IMG/VR virus record: IMGVR_UViG_3300037408_000257
Location: 1 to 43,489 of that record
Length of the DNA: 43,489 nt
Direction: 5' to 3' (one strand)
Source of the DNA: a virus
Taxonomy: Duplodnaviria > Caudoviricetes
The stretch's first letter is position 1. Every line of letters begins with the position of its first letter. Below are positions 25,067 to 34,592 of the stretch, piece by piece. Both the position numbers and the translations under genes were made by a program. A model generated the notes under the pieces. It did not search any database, was not told where the DNA came from, and saw only the letters and a program-made list of their open reading frames with translations.

Positions 25067-25487
25067 TAGCCCCCTGGCCGGACAGCCCGCCGATCATGTT
25101 GGTGAGGATCAGGAAATCCACCGGGAACAACTCGGCAAGCCTCACGACCGTCGGACGGTCCAGCTTGGGGGACACGCACCCCAGCAGCAGCGTCTCGATC
25201 CGCTTGGCGTGCTCATCGGGAACCGACGACCGGCCGCGTCCGATCGCCGCGAGGACGGCCGCGACGCGCTCGGGTGGCTCGTCCGAAAGGAGGCCGGCGA
25301 CGATCTCGGTGACGTCCCGGTTGATCTTGGCGGCCTCGTGGCATTGCGCCAGTTCCTCTCCGGTCAGCTGGCGCAGCTGGAACTCCGGGGGATCGCCCCC
25401 GAAGAAGTCGCGGAGCGCTTCGATCGTCCGCGACCCGGTCCGAAGCGTCGCCTTCGTCGAATTGAATCGGTCGGCGTCGAACGGCAT
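24975..25487 (-). CDS. Tail assembly chaperone (gpG-like)
   Basis: Follows the tail tube gene; acidic; contains a slippery site near its 3' end. Confidence 0.75.
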   Translation of the reverse strand: MPFDADRFNSTKATLRTGSRTIEALRDFFGGDPPEFQLRQLTGEELAQCHEAAKINRDVTEIVAGLLSDEPPERVAAVLAAIGRGRSSVPDEHAKRIETLLLGCVSPKLDRPTVVRLAELFPVDFLILTNMIGGLSGQGAILGESSDSGKSRPSGSRAPSAGNSESRSLN

Positions 25488-25490
25488 CGC

Positions 25491-26474
25491 TTAGCCCTCA
25501 AAGTCCTTGGTCGGCTCCTGGCCCGTGATCGTGCATTGCGCCTGTACCTGCGAGGATTTCGGATACGTGCGCGCGATCCCGAGCGTGCCTTGGGTCAGGG
25601 AGTAGGGGAGACGGTTGCGATCCTGGCGGAACCGGAACAGAAGGTTCTTGCCGGCCTGCCCGATGAGCGAGTCGGTGTGGCCGTCATCGAGCAGCGCCGT
25701 GAATTTACCCTGCCCCATCGATTCCGTCTGGCCACCGCTTGATCCGCCGTAATACTCCTGCGACGTGGACGAGAACGAACGCTCGATCGGGACGAAGTCC
25801 AGTGTCCGCGCGGCCGCCTGGAATACCGGGGTGTAGACCTTGGCATACACTTTCTTGGCGACGCCACCGGTATGGGACAAGGGCAGCGCGGCTGCCATCA
25901 CGACGGCGCCATCGAGCGCCTTGATTTCGTAGCTTGGGAATGCGGCACGCTCCATGTGCTGGCCGTGAATCTGCAGGATCTCGGTTGCCTCAACTGGAGC
26001 GGCGGTGACGCTGGTCGTCCGCACCTGCCCCACCTCCACCGACCCCACCGGGATGAACGGCGGTCCTCCGTCGGCGCCTCGCGTCTCGGAAAACGCGGTG
26101 CCATCGACGCCAGCGATAGCGGCGATGGCGCCCAGGCTGGTCACCGTAATCGATGTGATCCGATGCGTGTCGGTCGTTAGTCCGCGCGAGATGGTGACGT
26201 CGGCCTCGGTGGCCACCGAGACGTCAACGCCCGCGAGTGAAACCAGCAACTGCGCCACGTCGACCTTGTCGTTGGCCGCGCTCGCGGCTGGCGTGATCGT
26301 GCCGCCGTTCTTCACGCCGTCGGGCGCGATCGTCGGCGCGAATCCGGAACAGCGCGACCAGGGCGCGTGTGCGGACTCAAGCGTGGTGTGATCGCCCGAG
26401 TCCGTCAGCGCGTGGAACGCGTGCAGGGTTTGTCCGGCCTCGAACTCGATCTGGGCATTGGCGGAAATCGACAT
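25491..26474 (-). CDS. Major tail tube protein
   Basis: 327 aa; lies between the tail terminator and chaperone; strong GAGG RBS. Confidence 0.7.
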   Translation of the reverse strand: MSISANAQIEFEAGQTLHAFHALTDSGDHTTLESAHAPWSRCSGFAPTIAPDGVKNGGTITPAASAANDKVDVAQLLVSLAGVDVSVATEADVTISRGLTTDTHRITSITVTSLGAIAAIAGVDGTAFSETRGADGGPPFIPVGSVEVGQVRTTSVTAAPVEATEILQIHGQHMERAAFPSYEIKALDGAVVMAAALPLSHTGGVAKKVYAKVYTPVFQAAARTLDFVPIERSFSSTSQEYYGGSSGGQTESMGQGKFTALLDDGHTDSLIGQAGKNLLFRFRQDRNRLPYSLTQGTLGIARTYPKSSQVQAQCTITGQEPTKDFEG

Positions 26475-26483
26475 GGTATTACC

Positions 26484-26966
26484 TCATGATGTAGTCAAGC
26501 TCACGCCGAGCGTGAAGCGAAGTTCGAACAGAGCCCAGCCGACGCTGGAGACGGGGTCCATATGGCCGGTGAACAGCATGGGTTCGAAGCCGTCGCCAGG
26601 AGACCATCCTTGCAGCGCCCGGATCACAGCCAAAGCCAGAGGGCCGGCCAGGCGGGCGGCGGAGGTGTCTCCGGCCTCTCGTTTGAAATGCGGCACCACC
26701 ACCAACACCGACCAGGTCTGCTGAGCGCGGATCTCGCCGTACCCATCCTGCGCGTCGGAACTGCCCTCCGCCGGTTCCACGAAGGCGGCAGGAAGCAGGC
26801 TGGTGATGGAGCTGGAGGCGGCAATCAGCGACGAGGAATCGACCGTCTTGAACGCGGGAACTTCGGAGCGGATGCGATCGATCAACAGCGGTTCCGCGTC
26901 GAAGATTCCGCCGAGGTCGGCCAGGAGATCCCAGTCCTGCGCGATGGCAAGATTCCCGGTGGTCAT
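26484..26966 (-). CDS. Tail terminator-like protein
   Basis: LPAAFV...QQTWSVLVVV...VIRALQGWSP motif; position. Confidence 0.7.
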   Translation of the reverse strand: MTTGNLAIAQDWDLLADLGGIFDAEPLLIDRIRSEVPAFKTVDSSSLIAASSSITSLLPAAFVEPAEGSSDAQDGYGEIRAQQTWSVLVVVPHFKREAGDTSAARLAGPLALAVIRALQGWSPGDGFEPMLFTGHMDPVSSVGWALFELRFTLGVSLTTS

Positions 26967-27481
26967 GGCGCCTTGCTCAGTTCGTAGCGGATCTCCTGGG
27001 CGAAGATCTCTTGCAGCTTCTGGGTGGTTTCGTCGGCCACTTTCTGCTGAACGCCAAGCATCCGCGACCCGACCTCCACGGTCGTCTCGACGATCTGTCC
27101 GTTCTCGCGGTGGAAGATCCCGACGTGTCCCGATTTGAACGGCATCAAGAAGCTGCCGTAAAAGAACCGCGACCCGAGCAGGACGCCGCCGCTGGTGGCC
27201 TTGGGCTTTCCAGACAGGTAGCCAGCAGGGATGGCGTTCACCCCAAGCCAGGCCTTCTGGTAGACACCGGTGTCTGTTCTCTCGGTAAATGCCCGGCTGC
27301 GGGCGCGCCTGAGATCCTTTTGCAGCATCGGCATCGATGGCGCGATCTCCTTGACCAGGTGCGAACGGGCATACAGGGTTCCTTTCGAGTAGGTGCGCTT
27401 GGCCGCGCGCATCAGCTGGAGCGGTAACAGCCCGAATGCTTCTCGCGCCTCCTCGATCCCCTGAATCTCGACCCGTGACAT
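26963..27481 (-). CDS. Minor tail/tail completion protein (lambda gpZ-like)
   Basis: Basic protein with F..SF....SGHVGIFHR motif; position. Confidence 0.65.
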   Translation of the reverse strand: MSRVEIQGIEEAREAFGLLPLQLMRAAKRTYSKGTLYARSHLVKEIAPSMPMLQKDLRRARSRAFTERTDTGVYQKAWLGVNAIPAGYLSGKPKATSGGVLLGSRFFYGSFLMPFKSGHVGIFHRENGQIVETTVEVGSRMLGVQQKVADETTQKLQEIFAQEIRYELSKAP

Positions 27482-27484
27482 GGG

Positions 27485-27796
27485 CTACTCCGGCCTTACG
27501 ACGACGCTGGTCATACCGCCATCCTCGTCAACCAGATCGGCGATGAAGTAGTTTTGCCCACTGACCGCAACGGTATCGCCTGCCCTAGCCCCCGTTGCGC
27601 TCAGTTCCTCCGATGGGACCAGCACGCGAGGATCGGGGCGCGTGAAGGCGTGTTCCGTCGGGCCCTGGCTATCCCGCCCTGGCGCCAGGAATACGCCGAC
27701 CAGATCGGTCGCAACGCCGCCCGCAACGATGGTCACGGGCTGGCCGTGAATCCGCAGGACGGCGCTGTTGGCAAGCTGGGCGGCAGCGGCGAACAT
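27485..27796 (-). CDS. Head-tail joining protein (gpFII-like)
   Basis: 103 aa; GDTV.V.G..Y.I...DEDGGMT motif. Confidence 0.7.
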   Translation of the reverse strand: MFAAAAQLANSAVLRIHGQPVTIVAGGVATDLVGVFLAPGRDSQGPTEHAFTRPDPRVLVPSEELSATGARAGDTVAVSGQNYFIADLVDEDGGMTSVVVRPE

Positions 27797-27798
27797 GA

Positions 27799-28461
27799 TC
27801 AGGCAATCGCGCTATCCACCAACACCCATGCTGCACCAGTCGACTGGAACAGCGCGTAGTCGTTGTTGGCATCGATCGCTGCGTGAGTGCTCCCGCCGGC
27901 GATCTGCTCGCTGCCCGCAGGATCCAACGTAACCGCCTGAGCGGTCGCATCCGTCTTGCGGACCCTCAGCAGCGCTCCGGGAGGGATACTGGCAACGCTA
28001 ACGATTGCGAGAGTTTTAGCGCCCGTGTTCGGCACGATCAGCGTCAGCTCGCCGCCCAACAGGTCCCCTGCGCCGATGGACTCGTTGCCGGTGGCTGCCA
28101 GCGTCAGAACGCGCGCGCCCTCTTCCGCGAATTCAGCAAGGTCGACCAGCGCTTCGGTCGCCGATGTTCCGGCCGCTTCCGCGGCATAGCCGATGAAGTA
28201 GGCATTCTTGGCGGGAGCATTGATGACGTTAAGCGCTGATGCGTCCCACCACAGCTTCTGGCCTTGCGTAATGGCACCACTCGCCTTCGCCAGACGGACA
28301 ACGCCATCCAGCAGCACCGAGCCAACGGCGGTGGACGCGATATCGGTCTCGGCAATACCCAATTGCTGTTGGCCGAAGACCACTACCGCACCCGATGCGA
28401 CAGCGCTCCCGGTGCCGTTGGTCCAGTCGGCAATCCGACCTTCTTTGACGAAATTCTTCAT
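27799..28461 (-). CDS. DUF2190-type capsid cement/decoration protein with C-terminal extension
   Basis: N-terminal MKNFVKEG...AVASGAVVV...GVVRLAK plus about 110 extra residues. Confidence 0.75.
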   Translation of the reverse strand: MKNFVKEGRIADWTNGTGSAVASGAVVVFGQQQLGIAETDIASTAVGSVLLDGVVRLAKASGAITQGQKLWWDASALNVINAPAKNAYFIGYAAEAAGTSATEALVDLAEFAEEGARVLTLAATGNESIGAGDLLGGELTLIVPNTGAKTLAIVSVASIPPGALLRVRKTDATAQAVTLDPAGSEQIAGGSTHAAIDANNDYALFQSTGAAWVLVDSAIA

Positions 28462-28517
28462 GGTTTACCTCTGTTAGCCTGTATGTGTTCCTGACTCTTG
28501 GCTGTTACCGGGGCTTG

Positions 28518-30533
28518 TTACTGGCCGGCGTTCTTGTACCCGCCGCGGAAGTCATTAGCCGCCACGCCGTAATCGAGGCGCACTTTCCATCGGATCGCGT
28601 CGGTGAGAAATTCCTCTTCATCAGCCACGTACGGGGTCTGCTGGCCATCCAGGAATCGAACTTCCAGCAACGGTGCGTCCATGGGGTCCGCGATCAGATA
28701 CCAAGCCGTCGTGCTGGTGGCGTCCAGTGTCGGATCAGAGACCACTTCCAGCGGGCCCCAGTCGCGAATGATGTTCCGCTTGAGCTGCGCAGTCGTGTCG
28801 GTATTGAACTCCGAGGCAATCACGGTGCGTGCGTCATCCTCCTTGACGACGGGCACCAGCAACACGCGCGGCATGATGTTGAGGTAGTCATTACCGCTTG
28901 GGTCCTTCTGCTTCCGCATCGCCGCGCGGCCCGCGCTCAAAGTCGCGACAGTGATCGATGCGGCGGACCCCGCCAGATTGGAATGCTCCGTGCTGAACAG
29001 GTTGTAGCCATCGCCCATTGCGCCATTGGTGTTGATGACGCCGTACACGTCGGCATTGACCGTTCTCGCAGCAGCGCGCCCCAACATCTGGGCCAGGCGC
29101 GCAAACCCGTTCAGATCATCATTGATGATCATCTGGCGCGTGAGCTGGATGAACCTGCCCTTGGTCGCCGCGGTGAGCTGCGAGCGCTCCTCGCCGATCG
29201 TGCCCTGCTTGTATTCGGCACCTTCTCGGACTGTCTCCAGCGTGCTGAAGGAGCCCATCCGGACCAAATTGATAGTCTTGAAATCGGACACCTCTCCAGC
29301 GGCCGCGATCTTCTGCCAGGTGGAAGGGAATGCCTCGTAGGCAGCCTGCAGCGCCTTGTTTGCGGCGTCGGCCAGCAAGAGCGGGAAATCCGAGCGGCTA
29401 TGAGACGCCAGTACCCGTCCGGCGATTTCTGACCGCGTCATGCCGCGGGTAGACGCCCCGGAAGACTCCAGGCATAGCGCAGCCATCTCGTGCAGCGCTC
29501 GCCCACGGTATGGGTTGGTGCGATCGTCCTTGCCGTGGCCCATCCGATGCGCAAGAGCCGCGGAGATGCCGATGCGAAACTTTTCTTCCGACGATTCGCC
29601 CACGTCCACCCGCGGGGTAGCCGCCAGCGGCTGCGCCGACTTGCCCAGCTCTTCCAGGAGGCGCGCGGAAACCGTTTCCAGCGGGATGCTCGGATCGTCC
29701 AGCATTTGGTCCTGCAATGCTGCGACCGCCTCGTTGTTGACGAATGGACGGAATCGGGCCCGCACTTCGCGCGCGCGCTCGGCGATCTCGGATCGTGCCT
29801 TTTCGGCGGCGGCCGCCTCAATGCGTGCAATATCCGGCGGCGGGGTGGTGGCTGCGGGTGAATTGGCCGCGGCCTGAGACTCTTTGCTCATCGTGGATTT
29901 CCTCTCGGACATGGAAGAGACCGGCCGCGGGGCCGGCATGAAACGGTTATTGCGGTACTGCGCGGCAATCGCCAACTCGCCAGTGACTTCGTCGATGAAG
30001 CCCCCATCCTTCGCCTCTTCGGCGGTATAAAAATGGTCCTTGCCATCCTTCAACAGCGCCAACACCTGGTCGCGGGTCTGACCGGATCGCTGGTAGGCCG
30101 ACGCCATGGCGTCCGCGTACTTGTCCAGAACATCCGCCATGTCGCGCATATCGGCCGCGTTGCCGGCGACGACGCCCCAGGGCGCGTGGATCATCAGCAG
30201 CGCATTGGCCGCCATCTGCCGTTGGTCTCCGGCCATCGCAATCAGGCTGGCAATGGACATAGCAACGCCTTCGACGGCGGTGGTGATGGTGGCATCCTTC
30301 CGGCGTAGCGCGTTGTAGATGGCCAGGCCGTCGGCCACAGAGCCGCCGTAGCTGTTGATCCGGACGGTGATCTCATCCGCGTCGACTGCGTCCAGTTCCG
30401 CGACGAACTTTTTCGCGGTGACGCTCTCGTCGCTCCACCAGCTCTCGCCGATATCGCCGAAGATGTAGATCTCGGCCGCTTCCGGTGTCTTACCGGCGCG
30501 GAGTTCGTACCAATGCGGTGACGTTTTCGCCAT
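28518..30533 (-). CDS. ClpP-like prohead protease fused to major capsid protein
   Basis: INSYGGSV, AMSIASLIAMAG and MIHAPW (ClpP), followed by capsid HSRSDFP, VSDFK, TRQMIINDD and KVRLDYG. Confidence 0.92.
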   Translation of the reverse strand: MAKTSPHWYELRAGKTPEAAEIYIFGDIGESWWSDESVTAKKFVAELDAVDADEITVRINSYGGSVADGLAIYNALRRKDATITTAVEGVAMSIASLIAMAGDQRQMAANALLMIHAPWGVVAGNAADMRDMADVLDKYADAMASAYQRSGQTRDQVLALLKDGKDHFYTAEEAKDGGFIDEVTGELAIAAQYRNNRFMPAPRPVSSMSERKSTMSKESQAAANSPAATTPPPDIARIEAAAAEKARSEIAERAREVRARFRPFVNNEAVAALQDQMLDDPSIPLETVSARLLEELGKSAQPLAATPRVDVGESSEEKFRIGISAALAHRMGHGKDDRTNPYRGRALHEMAALCLESSGASTRGMTRSEIAGRVLASHSRSDFPLLLADAANKALQAAYEAFPSTWQKIAAAGEVSDFKTINLVRMGSFSTLETVREGAEYKQGTIGEERSQLTAATKGRFIQLTRQMIINDDLNGFARLAQMLGRAAARTVNADVYGVINTNGAMGDGYNLFSTEHSNLAGSAASITVATLSAGRAAMRKQKDPSGNDYLNIMPRVLLVPVVKEDDARTVIASEFNTDTTAQLKRNIIRDWGPLEVVSDPTLDATSTTAWYLIADPMDAPLLEVRFLDGQQTPYVADEEEFLTDAIRWKVRLDYGVAANDFRGGYKNAGQ

Positions 30534-32019
30534 TTTGGGTGCTCATTTGTGGGGATGTTCCCTTCGGCTGCGTCACGCCCAGCGTGACACCCTTTTCGTC
30601 GGCCAAGCGACGCCAGCGCGCCTCCTGATCGAGCACGTCGGTCGGGTTCTGGCCGCGACGGCGCACGATCTCCGGACCCGAGGCATGACCATTTCGCTCC
30701 AGCGTCTCCCAGGCATCGGCCTCCTTGGCCGGATCGATCCATGGCATCTGGGGCGGCAGATAAGTGGCGTCGTTGATGCTTGCTTCCGCCACATCGCGCG
30801 GCACACGCAGCAGGCCGGCGCCGACAGCGACGTTGATGAATGCCTGGTACACGGGCTGGACAAACTGATGGGAGAATTCAGCCGACAGCACGGCATAGTT
30901 GCCCCAGCTCTCGACCAGCTCTTGCCGCTGAGCCGAGTACGTCCCGTTGTAGTCGCGGGCCAGTGAGGAGTAGCTCGTCCCGACACCCGCCGCGATGGCC
31001 CGGAGCTGGCCATTCCGGTAGGGTTCCAGCTGGGCATTCGGCCGTTTGGAGTCGATGAGGCCGATTTCTTCCCCGGGCAGCAGATCGTCGAAGATCATGC
31101 CGGGCCGAAATTTGAGATCGCGGGGTTCACCGGAGTGATCCGCGCTGTAGAAATCGGGCGCGCCCTTCTTGATGAAGGCCGCCATCGAGGCGGCGACCTT
31201 GGCCGCAATTCGCTCCGATTCCTCGTAGTCCTTGATGTCATCCAGGCGCAACAGGACCGACCCGAACACACTGACACCGCGCGCCTGCCGAATGCGGTCG
31301 ACCATCTTGATGTGCAACACGTTGTCGGCGCTGACCCGCTTGATGTCCGATCCGGTCGGCAGCCGCATCATGTCGCCCGGGTGCTGCTTGTAGAGGTGAT
31401 ACGCGACTGTGCGGCCCCAGGCATTGCGTTCGACGCCGGCAGTGATTTCGGGCGTCTCGTTCCGGTTGAGATCAAACGCCAGATGATCCGCTTCGATCGC
31501 CTCGACGCTGAACGGCACGATGGTGCCGTGGTTGAGTGATGGAATCGCGCCCAGGATGAGCTGCGCCAACACCTCGCCGTCGCGAATCCATGATCGGCAC
31601 AACATGCGTTGCAGCGACGGCCAATCGTGCGTCCAGGACACCTCGGGTGTTTGCGCCCAATCGCGCCAGAGATCCCGAATGGCGGTCGCGAATTCATCAT
31701 GTATGTCGCCGGACGCGGTCCTTGGCTGTGGCTCGATCGTAATGCCATAAGGCCCGACCACGCTGGCCACCAGTACATTCAAGGCGCCCCGCGCCAGGTC
31801 GTGGTTCTGTTCCAGATGGCGGGCTTGCTCGCGTAGCGACTTCCCGGCGCGAACCGTCGCGGTATCGGCCGAGCCCATCTCGCGCCGCTGCTTCCGCTGC
31901 GTGGAGGGCTTAGCCGCCTCGTAATAGGCAAGCGCGCGGCGCGCCTGGACCCGGCGTAGTGCTGACTCCGGGGCGAAGTAGGCGACCATGCGGTCGACGA
32001 GGTTGGTGCGATCAGGCAT
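30490..32019 (-). CDS. Portal protein, lambda gpB family
   Basis: YEAA, LREQARHLEQNHDLARG, RGVSVF, YSAQRQELVE and PWIDPAKEA motifs. Confidence 0.93.
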   Translation of the reverse strand: MPDRTNLVDRMVAYFAPESALRRVQARRALAYYEAAKPSTQRKQRREMGSADTATVRAGKSLREQARHLEQNHDLARGALNVLVASVVGPYGITIEPQPRTASGDIHDEFATAIRDLWRDWAQTPEVSWTHDWPSLQRMLCRSWIRDGEVLAQLILGAIPSLNHGTIVPFSVEAIEADHLAFDLNRNETPEITAGVERNAWGRTVAYHLYKQHPGDMMRLPTGSDIKRVSADNVLHIKMVDRIRQARGVSVFGSVLLRLDDIKDYEESERIAAKVAASMAAFIKKGAPDFYSADHSGEPRDLKFRPGMIFDDLLPGEEIGLIDSKRPNAQLEPYRNGQLRAIAAGVGTSYSSLARDYNGTYSAQRQELVESWGNYAVLSAEFSHQFVQPVYQAFINVAVGAGLLRVPRDVAEASINDATYLPPQMPWIDPAKEADAWETLERNGHASGPEIVRRRGQNPTDVLDQEARWRRLADEKGVTLGVTQPKGTSPQMSTQNGENVTALVRTPRR

Positions 32020-32224
32020 CGGAGAAACTCGCGATGCGATGGCGGGGAGAATTTTGAGTTGAGCCGGACGATTGACCGTCGAGGAAAGCGCGGATGGCGT
32101 TCCGCGTTCGCAGCAGGTCGGCAGCGGTCTGGTAGGTAACGCGCCGTCCGTTGACATCGCAAGTCAGCACACCGCTCGCGATCGCGGCTTCCACGCTATC
32201 CAGGTCGGTCTGTGTCCAGCTCAT
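32012..32224 (-). CDS. Head completion protein (gpW-like)
   Basis: WTQTDLDSVEAAIASG...NGRRVTYQ motif. Confidence 0.85.
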   Translation of the reverse strand: MSWTQTDLDSVEAAIASGVLTCDVNGRRVTYQTAADLLRTRNAIRAFLDGQSSGSTQNSPRHRIASFSDA

Positions 32225-32317
32225 GCTGGAACACTACCAGCGGGTCGAGGTTCAAATTAAGGGAGAAAATGAACCTGTCGGCATTTTTTATGTTCCCGAA
32301 AATGGTTTCGGGAACAT
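32225..32317 (-). promoter_or_regulatory. Candidate activator-dependent late promoter
   Basis: -10-like TAGTGT 6 nt before the gpW ATG with no -35. Dyad AGGTTCA-N15-TGAACCT at 32248-32276 and a 12-bp perfect inverted repeat at 32290-32317. Confidence 0.55.
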
Positions 32318-32334
32318 GGCGCGAGATTCATATC

Positions 32335-32661
32335 TCACAGCACCCAGTCATCCCGTCCGAGGCCTGACGACTGGCGCACTACGCGCTTAACTGTGCTGAT
32401 GCTGCAGACGACCTCAGCCGCGATAACTTTCGGGTGCTTGCCGGCGCGCACAGCTTCGATGATGCGGCTGTCCCGGGCGTGACGGTCGAGGCTGGGCAGC
32501 CAGTGCTCGGCTCCTCCCCAGTGTTCCAGGATCAACCGGCACGACTGGTCTGCGGTGCAGCGCGCCGCGCACGGGTCGATACCGTGGTGTACCAGCGCTG
32601 CGAACATCGTCCGCCGGATGGCGGTCAGAAGATCGTCCGCGGTGGCCGGGTTCATCGTCAC
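32335..32661 (-). CDS. Mor/C-like transcription activator
   Basis: WGGAEHWLP...RD..I...IAAEV..SISTVKRVV (Mor-type GG..Y.P plus HTH). Confidence 0.7.
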   Translation of the reverse strand: MTMNPATADDLLTAIRRTMFAALVHHGIDPCAARCTADQSCRLILEHWGGAEHWLPSLDRHARDSRIIEAVRAGKHPKVIAAEVVCSISTVKRVVRQSSGLGRDDWVL

Positions 32662-34592
32662 AGCACCCAGTCATCACGGCCCAGACCACCCCCCCTTCGA
32701 TTACCGCGGCTGCGGGGCGGGTGCTGCTTGGTTGGGGGGTTTTCCGATTCCGGCACTGCGATCGGCTGCAGCCGGTTCTCTGTGGGCCTGCCTGGCTCCA
32801 GCAGCGTCTCCAGCGCTTCCCAGTCGCGAACGCGCATGGCGTGCACGCGCACTTCCGGGTGATGCGCGGCGGCCATCGCATAGACGAACGTGTCGAGGCC
32901 TTCGTTGCGCCGGCCACGGCGCTTGACCCAGCGGTTGTGCTGCGGGTCGAAGGCCTCGGAGGTCAGCTGCGCGTAGTAGTCCTCATCCAGCCCTTCCGAG
33001 AAATGAATCAGGCGCTGCGCCGGGTCGGTATCGGCATCGGCGGCGAGCCGGGCGAAGATCGCCGACTTGGCGGTGTCGGTGCCGACCATGTAGAGCTTCA
33101 CGCCGCCCCGGATCACGCGGCCCCGGTGGTTCACATCGACGGCAGACGGTCGCCCCGCCAGGATTGGACGCGAGGGCGTCTGGCTGCCCTTGATCGCAAT
33201 CACCCGCTTGGCCGGATTCGAACGCGCGTAGGTGTAGACCTGGTGGGTATGGTGGCCGCCGGTATCAATCGCCGCGGCCTGGATCACGAGATCCATACCG
33301 AACGCGTTCCGCAGCGGCGTGTTGAGCTTTTCGCTCAACGCCATCCACACTTCGTCGCGCGCCGGATCGCCCGGTAGCTCGAACCAGTCGATCACCCAGC
33401 AGACCTCGCCACGGCCCCAGCCGAGGATCTGGACCGACAGCCGGTCGTCCTGGGTGTCGATGCCGGCGGTGAGGATCAGGCAGCCTGGCGGCAACGTGCG
33501 AAGCGCGTACGGCTCGGCACGTTGCGAGAGCGAGGACGGCTTGATGTCGCGCGAGCGGTCGTGCCAGGACTCCGCCAGCACGGTGTTGACGAAACGCTTC
33601 AGCTTCGGTGGATCGTCGTGGACGGACTGCCACTCCTGGGCCAGTTCCAGCCAGGAATAGCCGAGTCCGATCGGCGCATACAGCCCGTTGATGTGGTAGC
33701 CGCGAACAGGGCTTTCCGGGACCTCCGGAACCCATCGGCCCTTCGCCAGCATCTCCGGCTTGTGGTGCTCTTCGATCTCGGCGCCACACTCGCGGCAGAC
33801 ATACCGGGCGTGGCTGACATGTCCCCCCGGCGATTTGTGCCAGCGGAGATTGGACCAGATCAGCACCTGATATTCGCCGCAGTGCGGACACGGCACATGG
33901 TAAGTGCGGCGGTCCGAGCGCTGATACTCCTCCTCGATGCGGCTGGCATCCCGGACCGTCGGCGTCGAGATCAGCATCACCTTGCGGCGTGGGAAGTTGG
34001 CGGTGCGCGCCTGGACCAGGCCGAGCGGGTCGCCCTCGCTGCCGACCTCCCAGGGAAACGCGTCGACCTCGTCGCAGATCACGTAGCGGATCGGCATCGA
34101 GCGCAGAGAACTGGGCGAATTGGCGCCGGACAGAACCAGCATGCCGCCCGGAAAATCCTTGATGTCCTTGGAGTTCGAAAGCGCCCGCGAGGCATGCGCG
34201 TCGAACAGCTCAGCAATCGTCTCGGTCTCCCGGAGCATCGGGTGTAGCCGCTGCATGATCCAGCGGTCGCGGACTTCCAGTGTTGGCGCCACAACCAGCA
34301 TGGGCGCCGGGGAATGGGCCATGACATAGCCGATCCAGTTCAGGGCCACCTCGGTCGCTCCGAGCTGCGCGGATTTCATCACCACGACCCGCTGTACGGG
34401 CGAATGGTCCGACAGGCAATCCATGATCTCGCGGAGGTACGGCGTGCGGCTGGTCTTCCAACGCCCCGCCTCGCTGGATGCCTTGGCGGACAGCACGCGG
34501 TGCGCGTCGGCCCACTGTGACAGCGACAGCCGAACGCGCGGCTTGCAGGCCTTGGCGAAGGATTCCAGGAAGATCGAGGCGGAGGCGGTCAT
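32658..34592 (-). CDS. terL: Terminase large subunit, lambda gpA family
   Basis: KSAQLGATE Walker A, VICDEVD Walker B, CPHC/CREC, AGIDTQ and NEGLD motifs. Confidence 0.96.
   Translation of the reverse strand: MTASASIFLESFAKACKPRVRLSLSQWADAHRVLSAKASSEAGRWKTSRTPYLREIMDCLSDHSPVQRVVVMKSAQLGATEVALNWIGYVMAHSPAPMLVVAPTLEVRDRWIMQRLHPMLRETETIAELFDAHASRALSNSKDIKDFPGGMLVLSGANSPSSLRSMPIRYVICDEVDAFPWEVGSEGDPLGLVQARTANFPRRKVMLISTPTVRDASRIEEEYQRSDRRTYHVPCPHCGEYQVLIWSNLRWHKSPGGHVSHARYVCRECGAEIEEHHKPEMLAKGRWVPEVPESPVRGYHINGLYAPIGLGYSWLELAQEWQSVHDDPPKLKRFVNTVLAESWHDRSRDIKPSSLSQRAEPYALRTLPPGCLILTAGIDTQDDRLSVQILGWGRGEVCWVIDWFELPGDPARDEVWMALSEKLNTPLRNAFGMDLVIQAAAIDTGGHHTHQVYTYARSNPAKRVIAIKGSQTPSRPILAGRPSAVDVNHRGRVIRGGVKLYMVGTDTAKSAIFARLAADADTDPAQRLIHFSEGLDEDYYAQLTSEAFDPQHNRWVKRRGRRNEGLDTFVYAMAAAHHPEVRVHAMRVRDWEALETLLEPGRPTENRLQPIAVPESENPPTKQHPPRSRGNRRGGGLGRDDWVL

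Noticed and set aside
29890-29900. AAATCCACGAT match to the cro operator inside the capsid gene
   Set aside because: It is only a half-site and coincides with the internal RBS-ATG spacer; likely chance.
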